Below are positions 39,190-51,193 of a DNA stretch of 64,000 nt, piece after piece. Below the pieces are notes generated by a model. The model was not told the DNA's origin and did not search any database. It saw nothing but the letters and a program-made list of their open reading frames with translations. Position 1 is the stretch's first letter; each line of letters begins with the position of its first letter. Both the position numbers and the translations under genes were made by a program. The stretch covers positions 155,033 through 219,032 of the forward strand of contig CAZOAG010000001.1 in the NCBI GenBank assembly GCA_964577805.1. Reading direction: 5' to 3'. Source of the stretch: an uncultured Opitutales bacterium. Lineage in GTDB: Bacteria > Verrucomicrobiota > Verrucomicrobiia > Opitutales > JAIRKQ01.

Positions 39190-39818
39190 AGGATCTTGGT
39201 CTTTAAAATAGTTTTTTCTTTTTTCAAAAACTCATTCAAGTTATTAAATATTATTTTTATTTTCTCTGTTTCGTCGTTCTCTTCTTGATAAATATTAAAC
39301 CCAGGAAAAGCTCCGACACTGCTTCCTGCACAAAAAAACTTAAACGTGCCTAACGCATCTAACAGATCGTTATCATGCAGATAACTATCAGAACTGAGAT
39401 AATTACATACAGAATCAACAAATGATTTAAACTCGCTTAACAAGTCATCTTTTGTCAATACGCCATTATCCCCTATAATTCCCAAATTACTGCTACCAGT
39501 TCTATTCAACGCAGCCACCATTGCTTCGCCGATTTTTTTACTATTGGCATTAATATATTCTATTTGTTCTTTTATTTTGTCACCTGATACATTTTTTTTT
39601 GCTGATAAATCTGAAGGTTTATCTTCTTGTGCTTGTCTATCACATATTGGAACTTGAACGTATTGCAACGATGTGACATCTCCGTGTTCTTTTCCAAGTG
39701 ATTCTACATTATAACCTCTAGATAGCGAATACTTTCCAAATACAGATCCATTTGGCGACGAATCAACAGGACCCGCGCCATTACCAGCCTCACCAACGAC
39801 AAACTCACTCAAATTCAT
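39147..39818 (-). CDS. Hypothetical protein (223 aa as called), probably the N-terminal part of the same frameshifted gene
   Basis: The N-terminus is Gly/Ser/Pro-rich and looks disordered. The last ~25 aa (KTILKTKILWCRSLWPFRCCVV) look out of frame. It overlaps the next ORF by 43 nt. Confidence 0.5.
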   Translation of the reverse strand: MNLSEFVVGEAGNGAGPVDSSPNGSVFGKYSLSRGYNVESLGKEHGDVTSLQYVQVPICDRQAQEDKPSDLSAKKNVSGDKIKEQIEYINANSKKIGEAMVAALNRTGSSNLGIIGDNGVLTKDDLLSEFKSFVDSVCNYLSSDSYLHDNDLLDALGTFKFFCAGSSVGAFPGFNIYQEENDETEKIKIIFNNLNEFLKKEKTILKTKILWCRSLWPFRCCVV

Positions 39819-39960
39819 ACCTACTTGCGAATTGTGACAGTTTTTCAGTTTTAGTCAAGAAAAATCGCGCCGACTTAAAAAAAACTAAATCAACTCAGTT
39901 GAACATGTATAAAAATAAAGCAACAACACCAAAAAATCAAAACAAACAAAGGCAAAAACC

Positions 39961-40035
39961 TGGTAGGCCGACAGGGGCTCGAACCCTGAACCAATGGCTT
40001 AAAAGGCCACTGCTCTACCATTGAGCTACCGACCC
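39961..40035 (-). tRNA. tRNA-Lys (anticodon TTT) with encoded CCA
   Basis: The reverse complement reads GGGTCGG TA GCTC AATGGTA GAGC A GTGGC CTTTTAA GCCAT TGGTT CAGGG TTCGAGC CCCTG TCGGCCT A CCA. The acceptor stem has three G-T pairs. Confidence 0.9.
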
Positions 40036-40168
40036 AACGAGACTCACGTTGTAATCTATTCCCATTATGTCAATATAGATTTTAAAAAAATTTAAAATGA
40101 TCAGATTACAGAAATGAAAATGCCACGATACACATCAGTATAGATCATGGCATTGAGTGCAATTTATA

Positions 40169-41215
40169 TCAAAATTGATAATTAATGACAACATTACCAT
40201 TAATATTGTAATAGTCTGAACCTAAATTCGCTCCGGCTGCAAGCTCTCCTTCTATTTTATCATTGAGAAATGATTTTATCCCAATACGTATTTTTGCCAT
40301 GTTGCGCGGTAAGTACGGCAATGAACATTGATGGTAATTACCTGACAGACTATCACCACTATAGCTACTATACGAATATTTGTTGCCACTACGCAAACAT
40401 TCACATGACCATCCTGCATTAGCATAAGCTAAAGTTTTATGATTTTTTATAGAAAACGATTTTGTTCCATAAACCCCGATGAAAGTTGTCAATGATTTGA
40501 CAATATGTTCTTTGACTAAATTGATAGTTCCTAATGATGGCAAACTAACATAATCATCCACACTGATGTATGAGCCGTCTATTTCAACTATTGGGCCAAA
40601 TGAAATATCTTCCTGTGATGATAAATTATAAGCAATCTGGCCAGATAATGCACATAACCATCCCTTATACTTATTTCTTTTCAATAACTGGTCGCTGTTA
40701 TTCCTAAGTTCAATATAACCAAAACTGCCAATCAATGACGTCATCAATTTATTACTACAATAACGGCCATACAAACCAGTAATTGTGCTTTTGGCACAGC
40801 AGTCCTGATTGATTGTTCCACTTCCAGAACGACAACTAAAGTCACAATCTGCATATTGAAAAGATGTAAATGTTCCAAGGTTCCAATCTTCATTAAATTG
40901 CTTTTCTATTCCAAATAAACCACCTATATTGTTGGAATTATCTTTGGATAAAGTTCTTGATTCATTATCTAATATCATTGATGGACCATCAAACGATGAA
41001 TGATAGCCTAATACATCAAAATACACACGTGGAGATTTACTCGTTTCGTCATAACATTTTGCACTATATTTTTTGGCAAAAATACTGTCATGCACTGTGC
41101 TTATTTGTCTTTGCGTGTCCTGCACCATTGCCAAATTGCCACTCAATGTAGCATGTGATGGTACGTGGAATAACAACGATATCAACCCACAAACGAGTAC
41201 TGCTTTTTTGCTCAT
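40169..41215 (-). CDS. Outer-membrane beta-barrel protein (autotransporter beta-domain-like / porin-like)
   Basis: It has a signal peptide (MSKKAVLVCGLISLLFHVPSHA), alternating hydrophobic and aromatic strands throughout, and the OMP-typical C-terminal ...VVINYQF. Confidence 0.6.
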   Translation of the reverse strand: MSKKAVLVCGLISLLFHVPSHATLSGNLAMVQDTQRQISTVHDSIFAKKYSAKCYDETSKSPRVYFDVLGYHSSFDGPSMILDNESRTLSKDNSNNIGGLFGIEKQFNEDWNLGTFTSFQYADCDFSCRSGSGTINQDCCAKSTITGLYGRYCSNKLMTSLIGSFGYIELRNNSDQLLKRNKYKGWLCALSGQIAYNLSSQEDISFGPIVEIDGSYISVDDYVSLPSLGTINLVKEHIVKSLTTFIGVYGTKSFSIKNHKTLAYANAGWSCECLRSGNKYSYSSYSGDSLSGNYHQCSLPYLPRNMAKIRIGIKSFLNDKIEGELAAGANLGSDYYNINGNVVINYQF

Positions 41216-41383
41216 AAGATCGGCGATATTTAATAAAAATTAATTTTTTTGTCAAAAATGTTTTATAACAACTGTATCGGACACATAAAATACACACAAT
41301 ATAAGACATGGTCCGTGCTATGCCTATAAATCAACATTCCAAAGGTCATATTTACGATCTTGATATGAGGATTTGGCGAAAGT

Positions 41384-42442
41384 CTACGACATCATAGACA
41401 TGCGAAACTGTTTTAAAAATCGTGCATCGTTTTGATAAAACAATCGAATGTCATCAATGCCATATAATAACATGGCCAATCTCTCTATACCAATTCCAAA
41501 AGCATACCCTGTGTACGTTGTATTATCAATTCCGCAATTCTCTAAAACAGATGGCGCGACAATACCACAGCCACATACTTCTATCCATTTATTGCTCAAT
41601 GCACCAAGATTTTTTGTCCGCAAATCCATTTCAAAACCAGGAGAAACAAATGGGAAATAACTTGGTCGCATACGGACTTCACAATGCTCACCTATCAATT
41701 CCGTAAAAAAATAATTCAATGTTGATGTTAATTCCGATACGGTCGCTAACTTATCAATAACCAATCCTTCGCATTGATGGAAATTTGGAGAATGTGTAGC
41801 GTCTATTGTATCTTTTCTAAACACTCTACCTGGGGAAAGTATACGTATAGGCGGTTCTTCAGTCAACATTGTACGTACTTGAACAGTAGATGTATGTGAA
41901 CGTAACATATAACGTTCACAATTATGTTTTGCAACATTAGCTATGAATGTATCATCATTAAAATAGAATGTATCACGTTCATTGCGCGATGGATGGTTTT
42001 GTTTTGTATTCAGTGCATCGAAACATATCCACTCCGTTTCCAATTCCGTCCCTTCTGCGACAGAAAATCCCAATTTATGAAAAATTTCAATGAATCGATT
42101 ACGTATCATTGTCAATGGGTGCAAACAGATATCCGTTGATGTTTGAATGTTCAAAGATACATCGATCGTATCTACTAATGACTTTATTAATGATTGTTGT
42201 TCAATCTGCTGTAACTTGTCTTGAAACAATTTTTCTACAGCAGCTTTGCAACGATTGATCAACTGACCAGCCGTCGGTTTTTCTTCTTTGGACAACTTCG
42301 ACAATGATTGCATTAAACCACGAAAAATGCCATTGCTGCCAAAATATTGCGACTTAAGATTATCGAAATCAGCACGATTCGTCAAAATTCCCACCGCATC
42401 GTCCGCCATTTGCTCTATTTTTTCTAATTCAGCAACATTCAT
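41384..42442 (-). CDS. pheS: Phenylalanine--tRNA ligase alpha subunit
   Basis: It has HPLTMI, the class II motifs FRKDTIDATHSPNFHQCEGLVID and GFAFGIGIERLAML. The start among several Met codons (42517-42442) is uncertain. Confidence 0.92.
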   Translation of the reverse strand: MNVAELEKIEQMADDAVGILTNRADFDNLKSQYFGSNGIFRGLMQSLSKLSKEEKPTAGQLINRCKAAVEKLFQDKLQQIEQQSLIKSLVDTIDVSLNIQTSTDICLHPLTMIRNRFIEIFHKLGFSVAEGTELETEWICFDALNTKQNHPSRNERDTFYFNDDTFIANVAKHNCERYMLRSHTSTVQVRTMLTEEPPIRILSPGRVFRKDTIDATHSPNFHQCEGLVIDKLATVSELTSTLNYFFTELIGEHCEVRMRPSYFPFVSPGFEMDLRTKNLGALSNKWIEVCGCGIVAPSVLENCGIDNTTYTGYAFGIGIERLAMLLYGIDDIRLFYQNDARFLKQFRMSMMS

Positions 42443-42633
42443 AAACATTTCCATTCGCAACAAACCATATATGGTTATATGTTCGGTGGAATCTGATTGA
42501 GCATAAAGTGTTGTCAATGGAAAATTTCCAACAATTCGGATGAAAAACGCAGTAGTGTTAATAAATAAATTGTAATTTCTAGGAAATTTTTATCATCCAG
42601 CAGCTGTTGCAGGTACACCTGCTTAATATTTTT

Positions 42634-43305
42634 ATGACAAATCAACATTTTAACAACACATCGCCGTTCAAAGGCAACTATAATAAAGATAGAAAATTTG
42701 GAAGCGCGAATAAGAATTTTACAAGAAAGAATGAAAAAATACGAGTTAAGGAAGTGCGTGTCATCGGAAGTGATGGGTCTCAAATAGGCATCATGCCGAC
42801 ATCAGAAGCTATTGCTATGGCCAAACACGAGGGATTGGACCTGATAGAAATCTCTCCAAATGCAAACCCTCCTGTATGCAAAATTCTTGATTTTGGAAAA
42901 TATAAATATGAAGAGAGTAAAAAGAATAAGGTGGTTCCTAAACAAGCATCAGCAAAGACCAAAGAAGTAAAACTGCGTGTGGCTATCGATACCAATGATT
43001 ATAATACTAAAATGCGTCATGCTGTAGAGTTTCTAACAAGCGGCAATAAGTTAAAATTATCATTGATGTTTCGAGGGCGAGAAATGGCACGTACAGAACT
43101 CGGCTTTGAGTTAATAAAAAAGTTTGCTCAGGATATTAGCAATTACGGCACATTGGACACAGAACCAAAATTATTTGGAAAGACAATATCTGTAACAATA
43201 TCACCATGTTCCAAAAAACAATCAAAACACAATGATGACAGTAATAAAGCAGTTGCTGTGTTTAATAAAATTTTGGATGCTAGTGAATTATTGAAACTAA
43301 AATAA
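42634..43305 (+). CDS. infC: Translation initiation factor IF-3 (with N- and C-terminal extensions)
   Basis: It has NEKIRVKEVRVIGSDGSQIGIMPTSEAIAMAKHEGLDLIEISPNANPPVCKILDFGKYKYE and KEVKLRVAIDTNDY. The true start may be non-ATG, as is common for infC. Confidence 0.88.
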   Translation: MTNQHFNNTSPFKGNYNKDRKFGSANKNFTRKNEKIRVKEVRVIGSDGSQIGIMPTSEAIAMAKHEGLDLIEISPNANPPVCKILDFGKYKYEESKKNKVVPKQASAKTKEVKLRVAIDTNDYNTKMRHAVEFLTSGNKLKLSLMFRGREMARTELGFELIKKFAQDISNYGTLDTEPKLFGKTISVTISPCSKKQSKHNDDSNKAVAVFNKILDASELLKLK

Positions 43306-43318
43306 ACATACCAAAATA

Positions 43319-44245
43319 ATGTTTAAAAAAATTTATCTGTGTATTTTTTTTATTCCTTTTTTAGCAACAACAAATGTTCATTGCAAAGAAGTTTCTTTAA
43401 GAAGTATTGCATATGATGCCAAATTACCAATGTTGACAAAAACGTCATTTGGGAAACCTGGCATGATGTTTGAGTTCAAACCAGATACTTATACATTTTC
43501 ATTTAATGGCATCACATTGCCATTAGGAACACGAATAAAATGTCATAAAGACACGACATATTGGTTGGATCAAGATACATTTCTAAAGTGCATACATCCT
43601 CTTTTATACCAATCCAAACATGCAAACAGAATCAAAACTATCGCATTGGATGCTGGCCATGGTGGTACTGACAATGGAACGCATTCAAAATTCAATAACA
43701 TAACAGAGAAAACATTGTCATTGGACATGTGTTCCAGAGTTTCAAAAATATTAAATGCAAAAGGATATCGCATTGTTCTCACACGACCAAATGATAAAAA
43801 AGTCGAATTAACCAAGCGAACAACAATAGCCAATGCAGCAAATGCAGATGTTTTTGTTTCTATACATTTTAATTCCGCACAGAATCAACATGCCAGTGGT
43901 ATTGAATCATTCATTTTGACACCACCGCATATGCATTCAAACTTTACAAGCGCTGTCCCAGTATCCATATTGACCGGCAACAAATACGACCAATTAAACT
44001 TATTATTTGGATATTTACTGCAAAAATCATGTATTTCAGCGGTTTCATGCAAAGACCGCGGTGTAAAATATAATCGTTTTGTTGTATTAAAAGAATTAAA
44101 GTGTCCCGGTGCCTTGATAGAGTGTGGATTTTTATCAAATCGCACAGAATCAAATAAAATCGCCTCAGCAGAATATCGCGAAAAACTTGCACAAGCTATA
44201 GCAAACGCCATAATTTTATTTGACCACATCCAAAGTAGCAATTAG
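43319..44245 (+). CDS. N-acetylmuramoyl-L-alanine amidase (Amidase_3, AmiA/AmiC-like)
   Basis: It has a signal peptide, IALDAGHGGTDNGT, ADVFVSIHFNS, GIESF and ALIECGFLSN. Confidence 0.88.
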   Translation: MFKKIYLCIFFIPFLATTNVHCKEVSLRSIAYDAKLPMLTKTSFGKPGMMFEFKPDTYTFSFNGITLPLGTRIKCHKDTTYWLDQDTFLKCIHPLLYQSKHANRIKTIALDAGHGGTDNGTHSKFNNITEKTLSLDMCSRVSKILNAKGYRIVLTRPNDKKVELTKRTTIANAANADVFVSIHFNSAQNQHASGIESFILTPPHMHSNFTSAVPVSILTGNKYDQLNLLFGYLLQKSCISAVSCKDRGVKYNRFVVLKELKCPGALIECGFLSNRTESNKIASAEYREKLAQAIANAIILFDHIQSSN

Positions 44246-44582
44246 AAATGCGTGTGTTTTGGATTAAAACAACGGATCTATCAACACGTTGCTCGACCCA
44301 ATAACAAAGCACACAACAACGTAAACGTGTTATAGTAGAGAAAATTTGCGTTCATTTTTTTGAGTGATATAAATTTTTTTAACGTGCAAGAAATCAAATA
44401 TCAATAAAAAGTGCACAAATCATTCTAGACGTTGCAAAATCGTTCAAACTAAGCATCGCCATCACTCTGTAAACAATCAAACACACATACTGAAACAACG
44501 GCCAACCAAGCGTCGATCAATTAGTACTAGTAAGATATATAGACACATATTTTTTGAAATATACGCCTATATATTCATTGTT

Positions 44583-47009
44583 TTATTCTTCTTGCACTTC
44601 TATAACACGTGATATCCCAATTAATTTATCGTTTTTTTCTAACGTGATCAATCGAACACCACTTGTTGACCGCCCAATTACACGAATACCACTGACGGGA
44701 GAACGAATTGCTTGACCATCTGACGTCAACATCATGATTTCATCATTGTCCGATACTGTTAGCGCTCCAGCAATTTTTACACATTTATGTAGCTTCATCG
44801 CGATAACACCAGAACCACCGCGTTTTTGCAAACGATAATCATCAAATTTTGATCGTTTACCCTGTCCGTTTTCAGCAGCTAATAAAAATGTCTTTTTATT
44901 ATCAACAACTGTCATTGCACGAACAACATCACCTTCTTTCAGCATGATGCCACGTACACCACGTGTATTTCTTCCTTGGTCACGAAGGTCATTTTCATTA
45001 AACTTGACTGACATGCCATTGGCTGTTATAATTACGAGTTCGTCGTTCCCAGATGTCAATAATGCTTCTATTAAAGCATCACCATCATCAATTGCTATAC
45101 CTATAATACCACCCTTACGAACATTTTTATAATCTGCCAAACACGTTTTCTTCGCGATTCCATTTTGAGTACAAATTACCAAATATTGATTCTCAGAAAA
45201 CTCTTGAAAACATATCATAGCAGATAGTCGCTCATCTTTTTGCATCGCCAAAACATTTATTAATGCACGGCCTTTCGATGTACGAGAGCCCTCTGGAACA
45301 TTGTATACTTTCTCAACATACACACGGCCATTATTCATGACAAACATCAGATTATCATGTGTATTTGCCGTGAACATATGTTCTACGAAATCTTCTTCAT
45401 GCTGTCCAGCCCCGATAACTCCTTTGCCACCACGTTTTTGAGAACGATAGTAATTGGCAGGTGTGCGTTTTATAAACCCATTATGAGAGACTGTTATCAA
45501 ACAGCATTCATTCGCAATGACATCTTCTATTCTGAACTCACCTGCATCATGCTCTATTTGTGTCTTTCTCGGAGATGCATATTTTTCACGCATTTCAAGA
45601 AGTTCATTTTTTACCAATGATAACAATGCATGATCATCAGATAAGATATCACGATAATGTTCTATCATTCTTTGCAATTCACTAAACTCATCTTCTATTT
45701 TATTTCTTTCAAGACCAGTCAGTTGATATAACCGCATTTCTAATATAGCATCCGCTTGACGTTCTGAGATAGGATATCTTGCGATCAATTCTACTTTTGC
45801 TTCTTCGCGATTTGCAGATTGACGAATAATCCGAACGAAATCATCCAAATTATCTAACGCGATTAAAAAACCTTGTAAAATATGAGCACGTGCTTCCGCT
45901 TTTTTTAATCGGAATGCCGTCCGTCTTGTCACAACATCCCGACGATGTTCAATATAACATTCCAGCATCTCTTTGATATTCATTTGCTTTGGGCGCAAAT
46001 GATCCAATGCCAACATGATTACACCAAATGATGATTCAAGCGGTGTTTCTTTAAACAATTTATTGATCACTACCCGTGCGGGAGCATCACGTTTTAGTTC
46101 AATAACAATACGTGTATTTTCATCTGATTCATCACGAAGATCACTGATTTCATCAAGTACTTTTTCATGTACTAAATCTGCTATTTTGGTAACAAGAACA
46201 GAACGGTTTACAGCATACGGAATTTCCGTTATAATTATTTGTTCACGACCATTAGGCAATTCTTCAACATTCGCTATACCGCGAACTTTTATTATACTAC
46301 GCCCTGTCGTCAAATAACGTTTAATATTTTCTTTCCCTACTACAACACCGCCTGTCGGGAAATCAGGCCCATGTATAATATCACATAACAATTCCACATC
46401 AACATGCGGTTCATCAATGATTTTACATGCTGCATCTATTAACTCAGACAAATTGTGCGGCGGAATATTTGTTGTCATCCCAACAGCTATCCCTGTAGAA
46501 CCATTCATCAACAAATTTGGTAGGGCTGACGGCAATACGCTAGGCTCTGTCGTACTTTCTTTATAATTTGGAACAAAATCCACAGTATCTTCATCGATAT
46601 CTCGCAACAGATCTTCTGATACAGTATGCAATTTACATTCTGTATATCTATATGCTGCAGCTGGATCGCCATCAACAGATCCAAAATTTCCTTGAGGAAA
46701 TATTAATGGATACCGCATTATCCAGTGTTGTGCCAATCGCACTAAAGTATCATAAACAGCAGTGTCACTGTGAGGATGGTAGTTTTTCAAGACTTCACCA
46801 ACAACACCAGCACACTTATCAAATGGTTTATTATACAACAACCCCTCTCGCAACATGGCATATAATATACGCCGTTGAACAGGTTTTAATCCATCACGGA
46901 CATCAGGCAACGCACGCGCAACAATGACAGACATCGAATAATCAATGTACGATGACTGCATTACATCAGTAATGTTAGTAACAGTAATTTTACTTGGTTT
47001 CGTTTCCAT
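44583..47009 (-). CDS. gyrA: DNA gyrase subunit A
   Basis: It has YIDYSMSVIVARALPDVRDGLKPVQRRILY, HPHSDTAVYD, AAYRYTE and C-terminal beta-pinwheel repeats. Confidence 0.97.
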   Translation of the reverse strand: METKPSKITVTNITDVMQSSYIDYSMSVIVARALPDVRDGLKPVQRRILYAMLREGLLYNKPFDKCAGVVGEVLKNYHPHSDTAVYDTLVRLAQHWIMRYPLIFPQGNFGSVDGDPAAAYRYTECKLHTVSEDLLRDIDEDTVDFVPNYKESTTEPSVLPSALPNLLMNGSTGIAVGMTTNIPPHNLSELIDAACKIIDEPHVDVELLCDIIHGPDFPTGGVVVGKENIKRYLTTGRSIIKVRGIANVEELPNGREQIIITEIPYAVNRSVLVTKIADLVHEKVLDEISDLRDESDENTRIVIELKRDAPARVVINKLFKETPLESSFGVIMLALDHLRPKQMNIKEMLECYIEHRRDVVTRRTAFRLKKAEARAHILQGFLIALDNLDDFVRIIRQSANREEAKVELIARYPISERQADAILEMRLYQLTGLERNKIEDEFSELQRMIEHYRDILSDDHALLSLVKNELLEMREKYASPRKTQIEHDAGEFRIEDVIANECCLITVSHNGFIKRTPANYYRSQKRGGKGVIGAGQHEEDFVEHMFTANTHDNLMFVMNNGRVYVEKVYNVPEGSRTSKGRALINVLAMQKDERLSAMICFQEFSENQYLVICTQNGIAKKTCLADYKNVRKGGIIGIAIDDGDALIEALLTSGNDELVIITANGMSVKFNENDLRDQGRNTRGVRGIMLKEGDVVRAMTVVDNKKTFLLAAENGQGKRSKFDDYRLQKRGGSGVIAMKLHKCVKIAGALTVSDNDEIMMLTSDGQAIRSPVSGIRVIGRSTSGVRLITLEKNDKLIGISRVIEVQEE

Positions 47010-47010
47010 C

Positions 47011-49635
<2,625 letters not shown>

Positions 49636-50529
49636 TTAAATGTTGCGTGCTATGCTTAATCGTGTACTCTGATTCTGCTGTAGTATTTCTTTTATAGAAC
49701 TTATTGTATTTTGAATATTGCGATTAGAAGTGCTATACGCAGATTGCATATTTCTTAGTTGCTGCATATTAAAATTAAACAATGCGCTATTCAAACTTGC
49801 CTCTGTAGTGATAAACGATGCTTTGCGTTGCTGTTTTGCTATGTCTATCTGAACTACACCTTGCACTATTGTAGTTATAGAAGATGCAGCATTAGCGATC
49901 AATTGTATGGCTCTAAAAGAGCCAGTGACAACTGAAGATATTTTACTTGCAATTTTTGGAATTTCTCCCAACACTGCCACGCCACCAGAAACAACACCAA
50001 TACAACCTATAACTATCTGTACACTACCCATGGCAATTTGCAAAATTGCCTGTTTTTTTTCCGCCTCATATGTCGTTTTTGCTTCTGCCATTTTTAGCTC
50101 ATACACAGTATCTGCTGTTTTTTGAGCTACTACTTTTTTTGCGGCAATATCTTCATATCTTGATTGTCGTTGATCTGCTGCGGATTTTGTCATCATCAAC
50201 ATGACCAAAAACATGATGTCATTCAAAGAACATTTTTTAACAAGTCCATTCGACCCATCCAATAAATCACTGATTTTGTTGAGCTCACCAGATTTAAAGC
50301 CACCAACTGCATCATCAATTTTACAGACATTATTATCTGTAAAACCATAAAACACGTTATCAGCGTACCGTGTTACCTGATGAGGCAATATCGTCATCTC
50401 AGGAACTGCAGCTGACACAACACGAGCTTTTTCTCCCTCTGTTGATGAAGCACCTTCACTTGATGTTGGATCGTCTAATGAAGCATTACTGCCTATCGGT
50501 TGTCCTCTTTCTGTTTCAATATTCGTCAT
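49636..50529 (-). CDS. Hypothetical membrane-active protein; T3S translocator-like; paralogue of 28392..29513
   Basis: It has SLNDIMFLVMLMMTKSAADQRQ and the hydrophobic stretch ILQIAMGSVQIVIGCIGVVSGGVAVLG followed by ...IQLIANAASSITTIVQGVVQI. It has a C-terminal heptad region ending ...STRLSIARNI, the same last six residues as the 28392 protein. Confidence 0.6.
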   Translation of the reverse strand: MTNIETERGQPIGSNASLDDPTSSEGASSTEGEKARVVSAAVPEMTILPHQVTRYADNVFYGFTDNNVCKIDDAVGGFKSGELNKISDLLDGSNGLVKKCSLNDIMFLVMLMMTKSAADQRQSRYEDIAAKKVVAQKTADTVYELKMAEAKTTYEAEKKQAILQIAMGSVQIVIGCIGVVSGGVAVLGEIPKIASKISSVVTGSFRAIQLIANAASSITTIVQGVVQIDIAKQQRKASFITTEASLNSALFNFNMQQLRNMQSAYSTSNRNIQNTISSIKEILQQNQSTRLSIARNI

Positions 50530-50599
50530 ATAGCAACCACACGCGTCGTTCGCAGTGTTGAAAAATAAAACAATATGTCAAATCGTAATTTTTAGAACT

Positions 50600-51193
50600 T
50601 CACACCTGAGACAACATCCAATTCTCAATCCAATTGATTAAATCCTGTATATTTTGGTCAGTTACGATGTTCTCACGTGCACTCAATAACGATTTTACAT
50701 AATGTTGAATATCTGCTGACAACGAGCACAACCAATCTTGGTCAACAGCATATCCTTCGCACTTACTCGTTAAATAAAGTGCCTTGAACAACACTAATTC
50801 TGGATTTAATCCTTTTTTTAAATTTTGTATAAATTTATATAAAATTGTCAAAAGAGATGGAATTGCAACACCATCAAAAACAATATTACGTAATATTTGT
50901 ACGAATGATACTGCATACCGATAACTACCATTTTGACGCAACAATTTTTCGTTATTATTACAAATTGTTAAAGAATTTATTATTCCATATGTGTCGTTCA
51001 CTAAATACCCGACGATTTCAACATCTGCGAACATGATTTCATGCAAAACCGGTTTGTTATTTTTTTTGAAAAACCATCGTGAAATGCCGTAATCCACTGT
51101 AAAAACATCAATCGCTATTGCACTGCAAGATTTACCATCATGATTCGATTCATGTACGGCGATAACTACACCTGATGTCTCTATATCTGCCAT
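50600..51193 (-). CDS. recO: DNA repair protein RecO-like (short, divergent)
   Basis: It has an N-terminal OB-fold-like segment (SGVVIAVHESNHDGKSCSAIAIDVFT) and a helical C-terminal half (LLTILYKFIQNLKKGLNPELVLFKALYL). No zinc motif is seen, so the assignment is tentative. Confidence 0.45.
   Translation of the reverse strand: MADIETSGVVIAVHESNHDGKSCSAIAIDVFTVDYGISRWFFKKNNKPVLHEIMFADVEIVGYLVNDTYGIINSLTICNNNEKLLRQNGSYRYAVSFVQILRNIVFDGVAIPSLLTILYKFIQNLKKGLNPELVLFKALYLTSKCEGYAVDQDWLCSLSADIQHYVKSLLSARENIVTDQNIQDLINWIENWMLSQV

Noticed and set aside
39211-39225. Programmed -1 ribosomal frameshifting at the A-rich tract joining the 223-aa and 392-aa ORFs.
   Set aside because: In the upstream frame the codons are TTG AAA AAA GAA AAA ACT. 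This is not the canonical X XXY YYZ heptamer in phase (A AAA AAG), and I see no obvious downstream stem-loop or pseudoknot. Homopolymer error or mutation is the simpler explanation, although slippage is not excluded.
44246-44582. Possible sRNA or regulatory hairpin between the amidase gene and gyrA. AACACGTT (about 44283-44290) is complementary to AACGTGTT (about 44324-44331), and several ACGT-containing half-sites occur.
   Set aside because: The stem is only 8 bp with a ~33-nt loop in AT-rich DNA. There is no T-tract and no conserved motif I recognise. The evidence is insufficient.
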